Below are positions 37,526 to 47,838 of a stretch of DNA of 64,000 bases, piece after piece. Location: the NCBI GenBank assembly GCA_043812495.1, contig JBDRMG010000016.1, forward strand, positions 66,137 to 130,136, given 5' to 3'. Under the pieces are notes generated by a model, which saw nothing but the letters and a program-made list of their open reading frames with translations, ran no database searches and had not been told where the DNA came from. Within the stretch, counting starts at the first letter, position 1; the number at the start of each line of letters is the position of its first letter. Position numbers and translations under genes: made by a program. This DNA is from Candidatus Omnitrophota bacterium (GTDB lineage: Bacteria > Omnitrophota > Gorgyraeia > Zapsychrales > JBDRMG01).

Positions 37526-38428
37526 TCATTTATTTAACCGTTTCGACCAAACCTCCAGACCAAAAGCAAGTAAATATCCAAAAACGGCAAAAATTAACGC
37601 GAAAACAAATTCTTTGTTGCCCGGATTTGGCCAACTATTTTTCTGAACTAACGGAATGATATCTCCATGACGGTCAATATAGGCTTGCAAGGTTTCTTTC
37701 CACGGCCAGATTCGCCGCAGAGACCCGATCATCAAGCCCACCAGGATAACGAGGACAAGATGATGAAATCTTGCCAAAAGCCAATACAGGACGCGCGTAA
37801 AAATGATCAGCCCGGCGCACGCTCCTAAGGCAAAAATCGATAAAACGAAAAAATCTCTTTGATTAACGGCTTCCAGAATATACTGATACTTCCCGAAGAC
37901 CAATAAAAGAAATGAGCCTGAAATTCCGGGAAGAATCATCGCGCAGATGGCTATGATACCGCAAACAAAGACAAACCAAAGTGTCTCCGGAGTTTGCACA
38001 GGAACAAGGCCGACCAATAAAAAAGAGCAAAAAGTACTGACCAGAGCCCCGAGAATCATTCCGGGAGACCATCGCCTGATGCTTCGTCCGACTAAGACCG
38101 CGGACGCAATAATCAGGCCAAAAAAGAATGAATAGATCAAAACCGGCTGATGGACTAATAACCAGTCTAAGATATGGGATAAAGAAAAAACAGCAAGCAG
38201 GGCTCCAAAAACAACAGCGCCAAGAAATTTCCACGAGGCATAGCGGAAAGCCTCTTTTATTTTTAATGACAGTAAGAGTCTTAAAAATTTGAGGTCAAAG
38301 GATTTGATCGCCAAAATCAAATCTTCATAAATCCCCAAAATAAACGCCATAGTCCCTCCCGAAACACCGGGAATGATGTTGGCAATACCGATGCAAAACC
38401 CTTTGAGGGCAAGAATAAAGGTGGCCAT
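37526..38428 (-). CDS. DUF368 family undecaprenyl-phosphate translocase
   Basis: IIPGVSGGT and ILPGISGS re-entrant motifs. Confidence 0.92.
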   Translation of the reverse strand: MATFILALKGFCIGIANIIPGVSGGTMAFILGIYEDLILAIKSFDLKFLRLLLSLKIKEAFRYASWKFLGAVVFGALLAVFSLSHILDWLLVHQPVLIYSFFFGLIIASAVLVGRSIRRWSPGMILGALVSTFCSFLLVGLVPVQTPETLWFVFVCGIIAICAMILPGISGSFLLLVFGKYQYILEAVNQRDFFVLSIFALGACAGLIIFTRVLYWLLARFHHLVLVILVGLMIGSLRRIWPWKETLQAYIDRHGDIIPLVQKNSWPNPGNKEFVFALIFAVFGYLLAFGLEVWSKRLNK

Positions 38429-38513
38429 GGTTCCTTTCAAAATTTACTGCTTTCGCTAACGACAAAAATATTCTAATGCGTCGTCGCGATGGATACAATA
38501 ACAATTCTGTATT

Positions 38514-39488
38514 TTAATTCTTCAAAGACGGCGATTTGTTTTCTTTCGAAGCGGCTTGATAGACCAAATCGATAGCGCGCGCCACCCCCGCGGTCGGAAG
38601 GGCCAGGGTTCCCCGCGCCAAATGGATATGCCATTTCTTTTCTTTCTTAGTGATGGCAATCCAGAATTCCTGGGTCAAATCTTCCTCAACAACAACGACA
38701 TGCACCATGCCTTTCAAACGTCCGGAGTCATAGAGAAAGTCCTTGAAAATAATCGTGACATCGCCGTGCTGGTTTTGCGGCAAAAAGTGTTCAGAATCAA
38801 AGACATCCATAGAATAATTTTTCAAAATGTCCTCCTTGATTAGAGAGCAGGGAATATGACGAATTTTCGTGCACGTAATCTTATAAAATTTTTGCTGACC
38901 CCTAGCTGACCATTTGAGCTCATATTTTGTGCCGAATTGGGGATCAATGTCTTCTTGGCGGATTTGAAAACCCGTTGTACGGCTTTGCTGAAGGATCCAT
39001 GTAACGTAGTTTTTATCATCAGTGATAATTTCAAGGGTCTTCTTGTTTTTTAATCGGTTATTGGCCAGGCGAAGGAACACCCGAGAGAATAATCGATGCC
39101 GCTCGTGATGTTCTTTAAACCAGGGGTCCGGGAAAAGGGCATAAACAAAGGAAAGCGAATTTGGTTTAAACAAATAACGAAACGCAATTCTCGCATCAGC
39201 CAGAACCAATCGGACATTGCGAATATTGCGCGTATGGATTTTGCGCAGTCCTTTCCGGATTCCCGTCCAGCGGTATTCGATCCCGATGAAATTTCTTCTT
39301 GGATTTTCTTCGGCCCTTCGAATCAGATAATCTCCGTTACCGAATCCAATTTCAACTTCAAGGGGACCTTGACGAGAAAAATCTTCAATCCAATCGATTG
39401 TGTAATTCTTTATGGATGGTACGACAAGCGGTTTCAGGGATTGGTATTTTGTTGGTCGAGGGCGAGTGTGCGTGAACGTGTTTTGCAT
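38514..39488 (-). CDS. trmB: tRNA (guanine-N7)-methyltransferase with C-terminal extension
   Basis: EIGFGNG, FPDPW, H..HRL, TD, TKYE.K. Confidence 0.9.
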   Translation of the reverse strand: MQNTFTHTRPRPTKYQSLKPLVVPSIKNYTIDWIEDFSRQGPLEVEIGFGNGDYLIRRAEENPRRNFIGIEYRWTGIRKGLRKIHTRNIRNVRLVLADARIAFRYLFKPNSLSFVYALFPDPWFKEHHERHRLFSRVFLRLANNRLKNKKTLEIITDDKNYVTWILQQSRTTGFQIRQEDIDPQFGTKYELKWSARGQQKFYKITCTKIRHIPCSLIKEDILKNYSMDVFDSEHFLPQNQHGDVTIIFKDFLYDSGRLKGMVHVVVVEEDLTQEFWIAITKKEKKWHIHLARGTLALPTAGVARAIDLVYQAASKENKSPSLKN

Positions 39489-39575
39489 AATCACTCAGCG
39501 AATAAGAGAAATCAGCTCGGTGAGAAAATAGGGTGAAAACGTCACGTGGATAAGAATGGGGGCTGCTTGGTCCAA

Positions 39576-40763
39576 TTAACAATATTTTCTGTATAGCGAA
39601 AGCGTCGATTCGGCCACCATCTTTCGCGTAAAACCTTTTTCGACCATCATGCGGCCTGTTGAGCCCAAGCGCTCGCAAAGGGCGTCATCCGCAAATAGCT
39701 GCATGATCCTAGAGGAGAGTTCGCCGAAGTCTTTAACCGGTATGACAAAGCCGTTAATGCTATCGCGAATAATTTCGGGCATTCCGCCTGTGTTGGTCAC
39801 GATCATCGGCCGGGCCGAAGCCATGGATTCAAGCATGGTCAAACCAAACGGCTCAAAGCTGGACGACGGATAAACACAAACGCGGCACGCCGCATACAGC
39901 TGCGGCATTTCATCTAAGGCATAGATATCGATCAAGACATTTTTCTTTAGCTTAAAGATGTCGATCAGATGGACCATGTAGGCAATATCCTTCTGCTGCG
40001 TTTGCCCCCAATCGATAATATTCTTTGTTCCGGCCAAGACCAGCATGGTCTCCGGGAATTTTTGCCGAATCACATTCAAGGCCTTAATGCTCACATCGCA
40101 TCCTTTGGCTAGCCCCATACGCGCGGGATGAAAAATAACTTTTTTCCCGATTAGCTGGGGATATTTTCTGAAAACGGACTTCGGTCGCACGCTGGGATGG
40201 AATTTCCTTTCGTCAATACCATGATGCACGGTTGTGACTTTTCGGTGAGAATAGCCGACTCCCAGAATCTCTCGCTCGATAAAATGACTGACGGCAATAA
40301 TGTGGGTCCACTTGATATTCATCGTGCAATCTAAAAACAGGTCATCGTCCCAGACATTATGGGCTGTCAAGAAAAGCGGAATGCCCTTTTTTGTGGCCAC
40401 TTCTTCCAACAGGCTCGCATGCACTTTGCTAAAATAATGCATATTGTGCGCATGCAAAATGTCGGGCTTATTTTTATCCACAAATTTCACAAATAGTTCT
40501 CGAACTTCTTTTTCCAGGCCGTCTAATCCCCGGCGATACAGCCAGTTTAAATCCATCAGAGGCGTCCGCTGGATTTTAACGCCCATGTACGTGTCATCGA
40601 CCGGAGATCCTTCGAAGCTACCGGTCAGCAGGCTCACCTTGTGCCCCATTTTGACAAAGGCCGGCAGCAGGATGGTTAAATGCGTTTCCACCCCGCCGAT
40701 GATCGGGGGAAAACCCCAGTGCAAGTGGGCAATTTTTAGTTTGTTTTTTGTGGACTTGGACAT
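39576..40763 (-). CDS. GT4 family glycosyltransferase
   Basis: PPIIGGVETH, HAHN, EPFGLTMLESMA. Confidence 0.92.
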   Translation of the reverse strand: MSKSTKNKLKIAHLHWGFPPIIGGVETHLTILLPAFVKMGHKVSLLTGSFEGSPVDDTYMGVKIQRTPLMDLNWLYRRGLDGLEKEVRELFVKFVDKNKPDILHAHNMHYFSKVHASLLEEVATKKGIPLFLTAHNVWDDDLFLDCTMNIKWTHIIAVSHFIEREILGVGYSHRKVTTVHHGIDERKFHPSVRPKSVFRKYPQLIGKKVIFHPARMGLAKGCDVSIKALNVIRQKFPETMLVLAGTKNIIDWGQTQQKDIAYMVHLIDIFKLKKNVLIDIYALDEMPQLYAACRVCVYPSSSFEPFGLTMLESMASARPMIVTNTGGMPEIIRDSINGFVIPVKDFGELSSRIMQLFADDALCERLGSTGRMMVEKGFTRKMVAESTLSLYRKYC

Positions 40764-40770
40764 AGGTCTT

Positions 40771-43101
40771 TTATAGATAATAATCTTGTCGTGTCTTCAG
40801 AGGCTTTTCGCGCGTGAAAGTGAATTCCTTGTTTGCCTTTAAGATTCGGTTTTTGCCGAAAATATCAATTTTCTCTTTCCTCTTGCCCTTCGATACCATC
40901 TTGATGCGCACCTTATTATTTCTGGCATCAACGTGAAACAGGCTATTGCGCCAGACAAACGAACAGGTGATTCGGCGCCAGGCATGCGGCATGCGCGGAT
41001 CAACCGACAACATATTGTGACGTACCCGTACGCCTGCAAAACCATTCACAACGACCTGCCAGGTTCCTCCTAAGGAAGCCGCATGAATCCCTTCGTGAGT
41101 ATTGCCGTGCAAATTGCTGATATCGGCCCTTAAAGCCACATTGAAAAACTGATAGGCGCGGCTCAAGGCCCCGGCCTCAATGGCCATCAAGGCATGAATG
41201 GCGGGGCTCAGCGAAGATTTATGCAGAGTCCGGTTGGCATAATAAAAGAAATTGCTCTCTTTTGTTTTGTCGTTAAATTCGTCCCCAAAAAGATAAAGAA
41301 GCATGAGGACATCCGCCTGTTTGACAAATTGCGTCTTATTGTAATCTTTGACCTTAATGCCGTCGGGCAGAAGCGGAATGAAGTTTTCGTCAAAATTCAC
41401 GATTTCGATGTATCGCTTCTTGAAGAATCCGTCAAACTGCTCGATCACCTTGTCTTCCCTGATATTGAGATGAATCTTCTGAGCCATCGTTTTGAAGCGA
41501 TTGATTTCGGCGGGAACCAAATTGATGTCTTTGGTAAGACGCACAAATTCCTTGGGATTGAATTTCTTGAATTCAAAATACAATTTGTTGGCGATCAGCA
41601 AATTCCATCTGGCCATCCAATTCGTAAAGGCATTATTGCTGACATGCTCGTGGAATTCATCCGGACCGATGACATCTTTGATTTCGTATTGATTCTTTTT
41701 GTTGCGCTCTAAGCGGCTCGCCCAGAATCGCGCGGTTTCAAAAATTATTTCGCAACCGTATCGGCTCATAAAATCGATATCGGAGGTGATGGTAAAATAC
41801 TGATTGCAGGCAAAGGCAATATCAGCAGTGATATGCTGCTCTTGCTTGTTGGTCTTAATTTGAATAATGGTACCGTCTAAGTTTCTGGCCCACGTGGGTG
41901 TTTCTTCTTCGCCCGTACCGGCCGACTCCCAGGGAAACATCGCACCTTTATACCCTCTCTTTTTAGCGATGGCCCGTGCCTGCTCAAGCCGTTGGTATCT
42001 ATACAAAAGCATATTCTTGGCCACTTGCGGGCAAACATACGCATAAAAAGGAACCATAAAAATTTCCGCATCCCAGAAAATATGGCCCCGGTAACCCTCG
42101 CCGCTTAAGGTCCTCGCGCCAATACTTGAGAACCCTTCATCCACGCGAGCGCAGATCAGCATATGGTAGATATTGAATCGAAGGTTCTTCTGGATGCTGG
42201 CCGTTCCTTCAATCACAACGTCGGCCACATCCCATAAGGCATGCCAGGCCTCACTATGCTTCTTAAGTAGGCTTTGGAACCCGGATTTAAAGACTTTTTG
42301 AAAATGCTTCTTGGATAAATTTTTGTTCTTTTTTAGTTCCGCGGGATCATTATCAAGAACCGAAATATAAAAAACTTTCGTAAATGTAATCGACTGACGT
42401 TTTTTAAGCTTTAGCTCAAGGATATTATCCGGCGCATAAACCTTTTGCCCGCCTCTTCTGTAGGTAAATCCGCTGCGAAAGAGAATCAGGTGTTTTTTCT
42501 CAAATGTCTGCGCGACCAGAAATCCGGAATTATCTTCCTGCCCGATTTCTTTAACGCGAAAATGCTTCTTTTGTCCTTCCGTGACCGTCCCGGCATTGAC
42601 AACGGATGTGTCAATTCCTGTATGAAGCTCGATCTCAGCCGCATCATCCAAGGGGGTTAAAACAATTTGCATCACACCGATATTCTTATCCGCCATCGAA
42701 ACAAATCGTATGGACTGATAATCATAGCGTCTTTTCTTGCTATCCACATAAACGGTGTGTCTTGTCAAAAGCCCATCGCGCATATTCAGGATGCGCTTAT
42801 GCTCCAGAACATTCATGGCTAAAATGTCCAGCTTTTCGCCATTGACGGTGAATTTGAAATTAAAAAGATTGGGCAGGTTGACCAACTCGGCCACTTGAGA
42901 TGTTATGCGGTCGTAGATACCGGCTAAGTACGTACCCGGAACTGCGCCGGGTGGGATTTCTTCCAGGACGGCGCGTACGCCCATATAGCCATTACCCAAG
43001 GAAAGTTGGCTTTCCCTGATGGCCTGCAGAGATTTATGGAAACCTTCTTCCCTGATACACCAAAGGTCTTCGTTCGTGTATTTCGCGTAAAAATCCTTCA
43101 T
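40771..43101 (-). CDS. GH65 glycoside phosphorylase
   Basis: LGNGYMG, GEGYRGHIFWD, GPDEFH, KQAD, SSLS. Confidence 0.93.
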   Translation of the reverse strand: MKDFYAKYTNEDLWCIREEGFHKSLQAIRESQLSLGNGYMGVRAVLEEIPPGAVPGTYLAGIYDRITSQVAELVNLPNLFNFKFTVNGEKLDILAMNVLEHKRILNMRDGLLTRHTVYVDSKKRRYDYQSIRFVSMADKNIGVMQIVLTPLDDAAEIELHTGIDTSVVNAGTVTEGQKKHFRVKEIGQEDNSGFLVAQTFEKKHLILFRSGFTYRRGGQKVYAPDNILELKLKKRQSITFTKVFYISVLDNDPAELKKNKNLSKKHFQKVFKSGFQSLLKKHSEAWHALWDVADVVIEGTASIQKNLRFNIYHMLICARVDEGFSSIGARTLSGEGYRGHIFWDAEIFMVPFYAYVCPQVAKNMLLYRYQRLEQARAIAKKRGYKGAMFPWESAGTGEEETPTWARNLDGTIIQIKTNKQEQHITADIAFACNQYFTITSDIDFMSRYGCEIIFETARFWASRLERNKKNQYEIKDVIGPDEFHEHVSNNAFTNWMARWNLLIANKLYFEFKKFNPKEFVRLTKDINLVPAEINRFKTMAQKIHLNIREDKVIEQFDGFFKKRYIEIVNFDENFIPLLPDGIKVKDYNKTQFVKQADVLMLLYLFGDEFNDKTKESNFFYYANRTLHKSSLSPAIHALMAIEAGALSRAYQFFNVALRADISNLHGNTHEGIHAASLGGTWQVVVNGFAGVRVRHNMLSVDPRMPHAWRRITCSFVWRNSLFHVDARNNKVRIKMVSKGKRKEKIDIFGKNRILKANKEFTFTREKPLKTRQDYYL

Positions 43102-43168
43102 GGCGGGAACATTATAGCAGAAATTCTTGGGTTTACCAAGTCAGCATATGGAAAGATGAGGAAAACCG

Positions 43169-43849
43169 TTATATGGCCACAAATAAGCTTAAGGCCTTAA
43201 AAAAGAAATACCCGGATACCGCAAGGAGAATCGCGCCGCAAAACTGTTTAATACGAATAAGCCCTGGGCCGGGCTTGGGCAGATGGACAACAATACCGCT
43301 AAAGGTGCCCACGAGAATCAGGGAGGCGCCCATCCCATAAGAAAACACAAAAAGCAGACTCACGGCGTAAATAGGGTTTTGTTTGGATGCGATATGTAAA
43401 AGCAGCGTTCCGAGAACCGGCGTCGCGCAAGGGCTAACCGCAAGCCCTGAGGCCATACCAAATAAAAGGACTGTCCACAAATTGGTCGGCTTTATTTTCT
43501 GCCGGATGTTGGCGCCGAAAGAAGACAGCGGGATAATATCAAGCAAGACCAAGCCAAAAAACACAAGAATGCAGCCGACAATGAGAGAAACGATTGGGCT
43601 GTTTTGAATCCGGCCAAAGACCTGCCCCGTCAGTGCGGCAAGAATGCCAAGGATACAATAGGTCATCGCAATTCCGAAAACATAAATCACGGAAAGCAAA
43701 AAGCCCATAAGCTTCGAGCCTTTGGTATCTATCCCACCAATATAACTCGCCGTAATAGGAATTAACGGATAAACACACGGCGTAAAGCTCACCAAGACAC
43801 CGCCCCAAAAGGCAATTATATAATCAATGAATCGACCGGTTATTTCCAT
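43169..43849 (-). CDS. ccdA: CcdA/DsbD transmembrane thiol:disulfide protein
   Basis: SFTPCVYPLIP and SPCATPVL. Confidence 0.88.
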   Translation of the reverse strand: MEITGRFIDYIIAFWGGVLVSFTPCVYPLIPITASYIGGIDTKGSKLMGFLLSVIYVFGIAMTYCILGILAALTGQVFGRIQNSPIVSLIVGCILVFFGLVLLDIIPLSSFGANIRQKIKPTNLWTVLLFGMASGLAVSPCATPVLGTLLLHIASKQNPIYAVSLLFVFSYGMGASLILVGTFSGIVVHLPKPGPGLIRIKQFCGAILLAVSGYFFFKALSLFVAI

Positions 43850-43859
43850 TTAAATAGAT

Positions 43860-44819
43860 TTAGGATTTCTGTTGTTGGGCCAGCGCCTGGATTCTCTTGA
43901 GCATATTCGGATGTGTGCTCATCGCCTCCATCATGCGGTCACCAAGATTCAAAACCACTTTTTTATTTCGCAAATTAGCCAGTTCATAAGAATCGATGGT
44001 TCCGCTGCGATCCAAATCAATCTGGGCTAAGTCGCGTATTTCATTCATGGCCTGCGAGGGGTCATTTAAGAAAAATGCCTTAAAACCTTCGGCTTCTTTA
44101 ATAACACCTTTACCCATACGTGCTGAACCGTAAACGAGCTTATAGAGCGCTGTGGCTAAACTGGAAGGTTTATTGCCCAAGGCAATGGAGCCCCGATCAG
44201 CAAAGTATTCTCGAATGCGAGAAGCATAAAGAACCAATAAGTTGGTAATAAAATAGAAAACGAGAGCCACAAGCCCGATCAAGGCCGCTTGCCCGCGGTC
44301 TCTCCGGCCTCCGCCAAAAAAGAGTAAATGCCACGCCAGACGATACATAATAATCGGAATCACGGATAAAAGCGTGATGGTCAATACATCACGGTTTTTT
44401 ATATGGCTGAGCTCGTGGCCGATCACCGCCTTCAATTCATCTTCATCCAGAAGCTGCATAATGCCCTGGGTCACACAAACACGACCATCAGATATCGAAC
44501 GGCCAAAAGCAAAGGCATTGGGAATCGGCATTTGCGCGATGCAGACTCTGGGCATGGGAATGCGCGCTTTTGCGGCCTGGTCTTCGACAATTTTATAAAG
44601 AGATGGGTTCTCTTCTCTTTTGATATAGCGAACGCGCATCGACCATTCGATCAATTTCGGTCCCACCATATATTGAATGAACATAAACCCAAAAGCAATA
44701 AGCAGATAAATGTAAAAATTCCCAATGCCCATATAGGTCCCGACCGCAACCATCGCGGCATAGACAATGGCAAACAAAAGTGTCACTAAAAGCATCATTC
44801 TTAAATGTAGGAAAAACAT
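43860..44819 (-). CDS. htpX: Zinc metalloprotease HtpX
   Basis: PNAFAFG, HELSH, SRIREYFAD, STHP; ATG at 44819 with GAGGAG SD. Confidence 0.93.
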   Translation of the reverse strand: MFFLHLRMMLLVTLLFAIVYAAMVAVGTYMGIGNFYIYLLIAFGFMFIQYMVGPKLIEWSMRVRYIKREENPSLYKIVEDQAAKARIPMPRVCIAQMPIPNAFAFGRSISDGRVCVTQGIMQLLDEDELKAVIGHELSHIKNRDVLTITLLSVIPIIMYRLAWHLLFFGGGRRDRGQAALIGLVALVFYFITNLLVLYASRIREYFADRGSIALGNKPSSLATALYKLVYGSARMGKGVIKEAEGFKAFFLNDPSQAMNEIRDLAQIDLDRSGTIDSYELANLRNKKVVLNLGDRMMEAMSTHPNMLKRIQALAQQQKS

Positions 44820-44832
44820 TTTTTGTCTCCTC

Positions 44833-44917
44833 TCAATGAGGCCCGCACTTATGGACCCCGCTGCCCCGCATTTTGCGGGGCAAGAAGCGGGGAAACATAA
44901 CTGTGCGGCCGAATTAA
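44833..44917. repeat. GA-capped palindromic element
   Basis: TCAAT-GA-GGCC..CTTATG-GA-CCCCGC..GCGGGG-AAA-CATAA..GGCC-GA-ATTAA. Confidence 0.88.
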
Positions 44918-44973
44918 ACAAATTCAACTATAATTCTTTTCCTTTATCAAGTGAACTCAATAGTTCTAACAAA

Positions 44974-46518
44974 TTACTTGAACAATTTCAACTGTTGTTT
45001 TTCTCTTTGTTTTTTCGAAGGTCCTTTTTGACTTTGTCCTTTTTCATAAGCCTTCAGTTTTTCCTCAATATCCGAAAGAAATGCGGAAGCCTGATTTTCA
45101 TAGTGCTGGCCAAAAATAAAGCGCCTTTTAGCCCGCGCAAGGTAAAGCCGTTTTTTCGCGCGCGTCATCCCGACATAAAAAAGACGTCTCTCTTCCTCTT
45201 CGCTTGAGGAAAATCCTTCGATGGCCAAAGGCAAAAGATTCTTCTCGCAGCCCACCATAAACACAACGGGAAATTCGCACCCTTTCGCCGCATGAAGAGT
45301 TAAAAGCGAAATGCTTTCGCTTTTTTCTTTATACTGATCTTCGAATTCCTGCGGATCATCAAAATACTCATAATGCTCAGAAAAAGGAATTCCGCTTCGC
45401 GCAAAAGCTTCTTGTAGGTATTTCTTTTGCGCATGAAGGCGATACAAGACGGCAATGTCGCCAAAAGAATAGCGAGCTTCATGTTCATACGAAACGCGCT
45501 TGGAATCCTGCGAAAACATGGCTGTCCCGCCGACCAATCGCTCAACTTGATGGACCACGTATTCCGCCTCGGCTTTATCAGTAGGCGCTTCGTAAATTGT
45601 CAGATGACCTTCTGTATATATTTTTGCTGTCAAATCCGGAATAAAGGAATTCCTCGCCTTGGACATCACCTGGCCTGAGGCCTCAAGGAGATTAGGCGCT
45701 GAGCGATAGTTTTGTGTAAGAGATAGGATGCTTGCTCCGGGAAAATCTTCTTTAAAGCTTTCAAAATAACGTACGTCCGAGCCTCGGAAGCTATAAATCG
45801 CCTGATTGGGATCTCCAATGGCGGTTAAGAAATTTTCACCTGAAACAAGCAAAGCCAAAAGCCTGTGTTGCAAAGCATTGATGTCTTGGTATTCATCGAC
45901 GAAGATATGCCGGTATTGTTGTCGAATTTTCTCACAAACGACTTTGTTGTCCTTCAAAAGCCTTAAACTTTCTAAGAGCAGATCATCAAAATCTAATAAA
46001 TTCTTACTTCTCAACAGGCGATTGAACTTGAGCGCATATTCGGACACATCCGTGAACAGAAGTTTAGTCTTTAGAGAAGAGATTTCATTCAACAGATCTT
46101 TTCTGCTGCGCTTCTTTTCATCAGGCCATAATTGTTGTCCGATTTTGTCGATGTCCTCTTTTGAGGCCATACAAAATTCTCTTGGCAAATCCGTTTGCTC
46201 AATGTGATCGCGAAGAAGTTTTAAGCAAAATGAATGAAATGTACCGACGAATATTTGTTTCAATTCTTGACCCATTGCTTGCTTAAGGCGCTCCTTCATC
46301 TCATGGGCCGCTCGATTGGTAAAAGTAATGGCTAAAATATTCTCAAATGGGGTTAATTCTCTGGCGATACGAGCGATGCGATGCGTTAAGGTATGCGTTT
46401 TTCCCGTGCCCGGACCTGCGACAATAAGAAGATGGCCCCCACGAAACTCAACCGCCTGCCATTGGGCTTCATTTATATTTTCTGGCTTTATTTTGCTTTG
46501 AGGGCTTAATTCTTTCAT
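44974..46518 (-). CDS. UvrD/Rep-like SF1A helicase (compact)
   Basis: AGPGTGKT, DEYQD, GDPNQAIYSFRG, NYRS, TLHAAKGCEF, EEERRLFYVGMTRAK. Confidence 0.92.
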   Translation of the reverse strand: MKELSPQSKIKPENINEAQWQAVEFRGGHLLIVAGPGTGKTHTLTHRIARIARELTPFENILAITFTNRAAHEMKERLKQAMGQELKQIFVGTFHSFCLKLLRDHIEQTDLPREFCMASKEDIDKIGQQLWPDEKKRSRKDLLNEISSLKTKLLFTDVSEYALKFNRLLRSKNLLDFDDLLLESLRLLKDNKVVCEKIRQQYRHIFVDEYQDINALQHRLLALLVSGENFLTAIGDPNQAIYSFRGSDVRYFESFKEDFPGASILSLTQNYRSAPNLLEASGQVMSKARNSFIPDLTAKIYTEGHLTIYEAPTDKAEAEYVVHQVERLVGGTAMFSQDSKRVSYEHEARYSFGDIAVLYRLHAQKKYLQEAFARSGIPFSEHYEYFDDPQEFEDQYKEKSESISLLTLHAAKGCEFPVVFMVGCEKNLLPLAIEGFSSSEEEERRLFYVGMTRAKKRLYLARAKRRFIFGQHYENQASAFLSDIEEKLKAYEKGQSQKGPSKKQREKQQLKLFK

Positions 46519-46519
46519 T

Positions 46520-47809
46520 TTATTCAAAAAGCGTTAACTGACCTTCCGAAACATTGCGCTCTTCATTAGAGAAGATGTTAATCTTTCCGTATTCTCCGTC
46601 ATAACCGGCCGCAATATTGACTTTTCCTTCGCGCATACGCTTGATGCCTTCGGCCACAAGCGAACCGCCGGCTTTTTTGATTTCATTGATGGACGCATCC
46701 TGCAGAATAAACATTTCGTTGCCGAGCTTGGCGAGCATTTCGCCAAATGTTAATTGCACCGCTTTTGAGTTTGCTCCCATGCCTTTGGCTTCCGCAATGA
46801 TTTCCGGCAAAGGAATTAAGCTGCAAAAGACGCGGCCATTGGGTGATTTTCGACCCATGGGGTAATCCGCCAATTCTTCAACTCTGGACATAACGCCGAC
46901 CGTGACAGACTTTCCGCACTTCGGGCACAATCCTTTGCTTTGAATTGTTTCTTCGGGGTTCATGCGCATCTGGCAATCACGATGCCCGTCATAATGATAT
47001 TTACCTTCTTCCGGAAAGAATTCGACCGTTCCTTCCAGTCCTTTATGATCGGCATCTTTGAGGGCATGATAAATTCCTGCATAGGAAAAATCCGTATCAT
47101 ACAGTGTGGATTCGCGCCCAAGCTTCTCGGCGGAATGCGCATCGGAATTGGAGACAAGGACATATCTGTCTAATTGGCTTAAGCGCCAATTCATAGCAGG
47201 ATCGGATGAAAGACCGGTTTCGAGAGCAAAAATATGTTCGCAAAGATCTTCGAAGCATTCTTCAATCGAATTAAATCCACTTTTGGATCCCAACACGGAG
47301 AACCACGGCGTCCAGATATGAGCCGGAATAAGATAGCTTAGGGGATCGGATTCCAAAACAATTTCCAATAAATGCTTCGCATCCAAACCCAGAATAGGCC
47401 GGCCGTCTGAATAGATATTCCCGATCCCCTGAAGTTTTTTCTGAATTTTTTCCGCAGCTTCAAAGCTAGGCGCGAAGATCACATTATGGACTTTGCGGAC
47501 CTTATCATTCTTTTTATAAATATTGGATATTTCGGCCGAAAGAATAAAACGCACTTCCTTTTGGCAGGCCAACGGGCATTCCCTTTGGCTTAAGGAATCA
47601 TATTCGTTTTTTAGCTTAAAAAATCCTTCTTGGGCACACTCAAGCTGTGTCTTCAGTTCTTCTAACCAGCCGGGGTGCGTAAAGTCGGCAGTCCCTACGA
47701 CCTGCATTCCTTTGAGTTGCGCCCAAAGATTTAAGCGGGCTAAATTTAAATTTTTACTTGTCGCGCGGGAAAAACGGGAATGGAGATGAGTGTCGGCGTA
47801 GAATTTCAT
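46520..47809 (-). CDS. Endonuclease Q family (PHP domain + Zn finger)
   Basis: HLHSRFSRATS, GTADFTHP, PAHIWTPW, ETGLSSD, SNSDAHS, GKYH, CPKCG. Confidence 0.9.
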   Translation of the reverse strand: MKFYADTHLHSRFSRATSKNLNLARLNLWAQLKGMQVVGTADFTHPGWLEELKTQLECAQEGFFKLKNEYDSLSQRECPLACQKEVRFILSAEISNIYKKNDKVRKVHNVIFAPSFEAAEKIQKKLQGIGNIYSDGRPILGLDAKHLLEIVLESDPLSYLIPAHIWTPWFSVLGSKSGFNSIEECFEDLCEHIFALETGLSSDPAMNWRLSQLDRYVLVSNSDAHSAEKLGRESTLYDTDFSYAGIYHALKDADHKGLEGTVEFFPEEGKYHYDGHRDCQMRMNPEETIQSKGLCPKCGKSVTVGVMSRVEELADYPMGRKSPNGRVFCSLIPLPEIIAEAKGMGANSKAVQLTFGEMLAKLGNEMFILQDASINEIKKAGGSLVAEGIKRMREGKVNIAAGYDGEYGKINIFSNEERNVSEGQLTLFE

Positions 47810-47838
47810 ACAATTTTCTGATTCACAAGAAAGCCGCT

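Noticed and set aside
44820-44927. N-terminal extensions of HtpX and of the ORFs starting at 17323, 20175, 57462 and 59659
   Set aside because: They are read-through from the repeat element; each gene has a downstream ATG with a proper SD.
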